64,000 nucleotides of DNA, from NCBI RefSeq assembly GCF_006345805.1, contig NW_021833435.1:8929-72928 (forward strand), written 5' to 3'. Position numbers and translations under genes: made by a program. The stretch comes from Octopus sinensis. Its lineage: Eukaryota. Every line of letters starts with the position of its first letter. Position 1 is the stretch's first letter. The notes beneath the pieces are model-generated. The model made no database searches and was not told the origin of the DNA. It saw only the letters and a program-made list of their open reading frames with translations. This document shows, piece after piece, positions 63,201-64,000 of the stretch.

Positions 63201-63469
63201 AAATTGAGACTTACTGACACACAACAATATTAATCTTTTTTACTCTTTTACATGTTTCAGTCATTTGACTGTGGCCATGCTGGAGCACCGCTTTTAAATC
63301 TCTTTATAGTTCTTGTAAATGTCTATGACTAATCCTTGTTTTGTTTTATTCAGTGCCGGATTCTAATAACATTGACAGAACTAGTCACCAATTATATAAA
63401 TAAATGGCACCATCTTCATTTGTTAAGGAAATCAAAGACCACCAAGAGTGCTATTGCAGTGGAATATGA
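24875..63469 (+). CDS. CENPI: Centromere protein I (CENP-I/Mis6/Ctf3 family), paralogue B; multi-exon, 3' part lies outside the window
   Basis: Thirteen GT-AG-bounded exons with compatible phases: 24875-24977, 33531-33662, 40712-40842, 42036-42143, 45194-45289, 46900-46986, 48679-48786, 52020-52187, 54982-55102, 57353-57435, 58647-58764, 62152-62216, 63354-63469. Includes LPIQMGSVIDNPLL, EGTPAIEYFLYQFLDTWDG, ELHQILLEPLKKIFF and CRILITLTELVTNY, matching recalled human LPSQMGSVLNNSLL, EGFYSCEAFLYKSLPLWDG, EVKPLLFDHLAQLFF and CSVLQSLKELLQNW in order. Confidence 0.92.
25160..25340. mobile_element. hAT (Charlie-like) MITE
   Basis: CAGTGCTTTTCAAAC...GTTGAAAAACCACTG with 8-bp TSD GTGTAGAT. Confidence 0.85.
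26120..26388. mobile_element. MITE-like element with about 57-bp terminal inverted repeats
   Basis: CATTCCTTCGATGTAACTCGACAAAATCAAAACATTTCACTTCGGGTAT.. mirrored at about 26332-26388; no clear TSD. Confidence 0.6.
30710..30930. mobile_element. piggyBac-like MITE
   Basis: TTAA|CCCTTTAG...CTAAAGGG|TTAA. Confidence 0.75.
31137..31563 (-). mobile_element. SINE family A, near full-length
   Basis: Reverse complement of the family A sequence. Confidence 0.85.
32131..32349. mobile_element. hAT MITE, same family as 25160-25340, opposite orientation
   Basis: CAGTGGTTTTCAACC...GTTGAAAAGCATTG with 8-bp TSD CATTATAC. Confidence 0.85.
32959..33203 (-). mobile_element. Helitron-like element, mirror copy with internal deletions
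   Basis: Reverse complement of 18628-18923 at the equivalent intron position. Confidence 0.7.
33531..33662 (+). CDS. CENPI: CENP-I copy B exon 2
   Basis: TTACAG/GTGAGA; ESSFKKPRGKLKTCIVNVKVCARAVGLSHEDILGLVNVAASLRY. Confidence 0.88.
34200..34735. repeat. Same 30-bp minisatellite, reverse orientation, about 18 units
   Basis: CATCCATGTGCACCTTGATGCAGCTGTCCT-like units at the mirror position of 17355-17630. Confidence 0.85.
36031..38993 (-). mobile_element. R4/Dong-clade non-LTR retrotransposon, internally deleted and inactive
   Basis: YMDD at 37776-37787 followed by an in-frame stop; YKYLG; CCHC knuckle CHVC...TIDHVVSKC; RHD; restriction-like endonuclease RPDII...LIDMTVP; (TAA)n tail at 36031-36054; upstream RT domains are missing at a junction near 37857. 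Confidence 0.85.
40712..40842 (+). CDS. CENPI: CENP-I copy B exon 3
   Basis: TATAAG/GTGAGT; GIRISCDLIQCCIPQTTFPQRAAIRLLSCINHHTISEKANTSFT. Confidence 0.87.
41130..41360 (+). mobile_element. MetaSINE-like tRNA-derived SINE (mirror copy 14585-14815; others 15405-15625 and 53315-53670)
   Basis: GGCGGCGAGCTGG..GAAAC...TTCTGAGTTCAAATTCCGCC head plus a CGACTTT.CCTTTCATCCTTTCGGGGTCGATAAATTAAGTACC core resembling the Meta domain as recalled. Confidence 0.7.
42036..42143 (+). CDS. CENPI: CENP-I copy B exon 4
   Basis: TTTCAG/GTAAGT; KLVFHWIVLVMPYMDAYDKLHAVYNVFFYLLRNYDI. Confidence 0.9.
42722..43545 (-). mobile_element. Truncated Tc1-type transposase relic
   Basis: TA|CAGGGGTTGGACAAAATAATTGAAACACC terminus; ORFs with SVKHGGRSVMIWGAI, FQDDNAPIH, WPPQSP and ELHKAGFHRRVAIRKPLL. 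Confidence 0.85.
43545..44270 (+). mobile_element. RTE-clade LINE 3' coding relic (shorter mirror copy at about 13480-13715)
   Basis: FCYLSD...ARIRLAWAKFRELLPLL, YGHVMCMDEDSCVK, GRPGR.W motifs. Confidence 0.8.
45194..45289 (+). CDS. CENPI: CENP-I copy B exon 5
   Basis: CTTCAG/GTAAAG; LPEICYILSELTLYPDVTLFRINELILLWKKT. Confidence 0.88.
46029..46086 (-). ncRNA. Decayed type-I hammerhead ribozyme motif (mirror copy 11410-11468, plus strand)
   Basis: ATCAAATC-CTGACGA-T-GGCTTT/AAAGCT-GAAA-CTAAT/ATTAG-TT-AACTTGAT: core, stem II and stem III present; stem I has mismatches. Confidence 0.45.
46900..46986 (+). CDS. CENPI: CENP-I copy B exon 6
   Basis: TTTCAG/GTAATT; GNVPSLIGLLTKYKMLQPDKLGLSLPKYQ. Confidence 0.88.
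47172..47683. mobile_element. pogo/Tigger-like non-autonomous element
   Basis: TA|CTGTAAATCCTTGAGTATA ... TATACTCAAAGATTTACGG|TA; empty TA site at 9716-9717 in the other arm. Confidence 0.75.
48679..48786 (+). CDS. CENPI: CENP-I copy B exon 7
   Basis: TTTCAG/GTAAGG; RFYRSPNSKMQKIIQAVQLRRGLELKALAQKSVNSP. Confidence 0.85.
49273..49630. repeat. Two tandem copies of an about 180-bp unit
   Basis: TTGTTTGAAGCGATCA...GATGTGGTCTGGAA repeated at about 49273 and 49452. Confidence 0.8.
51140..51490 (+). mobile_element. RTE LINE RT N-terminal relic
   Basis: MKTGKAPGPSGITAEMLK...IPNDWCSSTIVNCYKGKG...RGIKIL. Confidence 0.8.
52020..52187 (+). CDS. CENPI: CENP-I copy B exon 8
   Basis: TTTCAG/GTAAGA; VRKKAKLSKLIPQVQSSVNDY...FNRILTFEDLLQYIDQIQ. 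Confidence 0.88.
54982..55102 (+). CDS. CENPI: CENP-I copy B exon 9
   Basis: TTGTAG/GTAAGT; LPIQMGSVIDNPLLQYLITYNKNRHITGQFNWWLYHTCYD. Confidence 0.9.
56044..57225. mobile_element. Inverted and permuted-tandem element of a 525-bp unit flanked by (TA)n; Penelope/retrozyme-like architecture
   Basis: AGGAATATGTACTTAC recurs at 56046 and 56572; the inverted block starts at 56588 and TTCTTGACTGAAG recurs at 57113. Confidence 0.6.
57353..57435 (+). CDS. CENPI: CENP-I copy B exon 10
   Basis: CTGCAG/GTATTT; ALLENSVPYSDYLEEFLSKLAGFMRRVK. Confidence 0.85.
58647..58764 (+). CDS. CENPI: CENP-I copy B exon 11
   Basis: AATCAG/GTAAAT; EGTPAIEYFLYQFLDTWDGFHFNQSIFKLIPHIRIHKFS, containing the conserved WDG motif. 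Confidence 0.9.
59490..60470. repeat. Two diverged tandem copies of an interspersed repeat also present at about 47960-48435
   Basis: Shared TAGAATTTTCTTC...GGTCCC.GAATAAGG...GATCAGAGATGCACATAT.GTCAGCCAC...AGAAGCCATGAGAGCCACTG motifs. Confidence 0.7.
60870..61269 (-). mobile_element. Helitron-like element with an internal partial duplication
   Basis: CTAGCAGTATCGCCCGGCGTTGCTCGGG end and TATATAAAGA start as in the other copies. Confidence 0.7.
61340..61620 (+). mobile_element. RTE-like LINE C-terminal relic
   Basis: RMLRWFGHMERMDEEWMVRRVM..EV.G.R...RPRF.W. Confidence 0.7.
62152..62216 (+). CDS. CENPI: CENP-I copy B exon 12
   Basis: ATTCAG/GTAAAA; ELHQILLEPLKKIFFRRGTYLK; phase 1 to 0 as required. 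Confidence 0.85.
63354..63469 (+). CDS. CENPI: CENP-I copy B exon 13 (3' boundary less certain)
   Basis: ATTCAG acceptor; CRILITLTELVTNYINKWHHLHLLRKSKTTKSAIAVEY; candidate donor GTATCT at 63470. Confidence 0.75.
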
Positions 63470-64000
63470 GTATCTATTCCTTCTTTCTTTCTTTCTTTCT
63501 TTTTTTTTTTGTTCTCTGTTATCGGTGTTGAATGCTTTATTGTTAAACATTTTTATGCATTTGTGTGTGAATGAGTTAGTGGAGGATTGAGGGGAAAGAC
63601 CCTACTGTCTTAGAAAAGAAACGGAAGGAAGGACATGTTGAGTGATGTAATCCTAGGTAAACTGTGTCTGATAGAAGAAAGAAAAAAAGACAGGATCGTA
63701 ATTGCCAGAATGTATTTGATCATATGTCTACTTGAACTGGGGCTGAACAGTTTCTGGAGGAAACCCATCCAATTGTTAAGAGTAGCTGAACCAGTTCATA
63801 ATTAGGCTCTTCATGAACAAATCATCGTTAGCTGCTTTACCTGTTCTGTCCCTCACAATGTTCTACATTGCAATCACATCCCACTGAGTCTATTTTGGGT
63901 TTACTTTAGTTGAAGTCTTTCAGCTATACTTGTGAGATTGTGTGATCAACCAGACTACTGGATGTTGTTATACACTGCTGGTCACAGTGCACTTTGCATT

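Overview
Eukaryotic, AT-rich, repeat-dense DNA. The SINE families suggest a coleoid cephalopod, probably Octopus (inference). Most ORF-track entries are repeat noise. Splice-site and translation analysis by hand shows that about 57 kb of the window is one large, imperfect inverted duplication centred near 23.6 kb. It carries two divergently transcribed, head-to-head, multi-exon paralogues of the inner-kinetochore (CCAN) gene CENP-I. Copy A is on the minus strand (ATG 22651, 10 coding exons visible, continuing past base 1). Copy B is on the plus strand (ATG 24875, 13 coding exons visible, continuing past 64000). Both keep GT-AG sites, identical exon lengths and open frames, yet they differ at about 45 of 379 aligned residues (hand count), while some flanking intron tracts are essentially identical. 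That mosaic suggests arm-to-arm gene conversion with divergence retained in particular exons. The introns hold many SINEs, RTE/CR1/R4-Dong LINE relics, mariner/Tc1/pogo/hAT/piggyBac/Helitron elements, a foldback-type element, a LINE-derived 30-bp minisatellite, a decayed hammerhead motif and a circularly permuted inverted 525-bp element.
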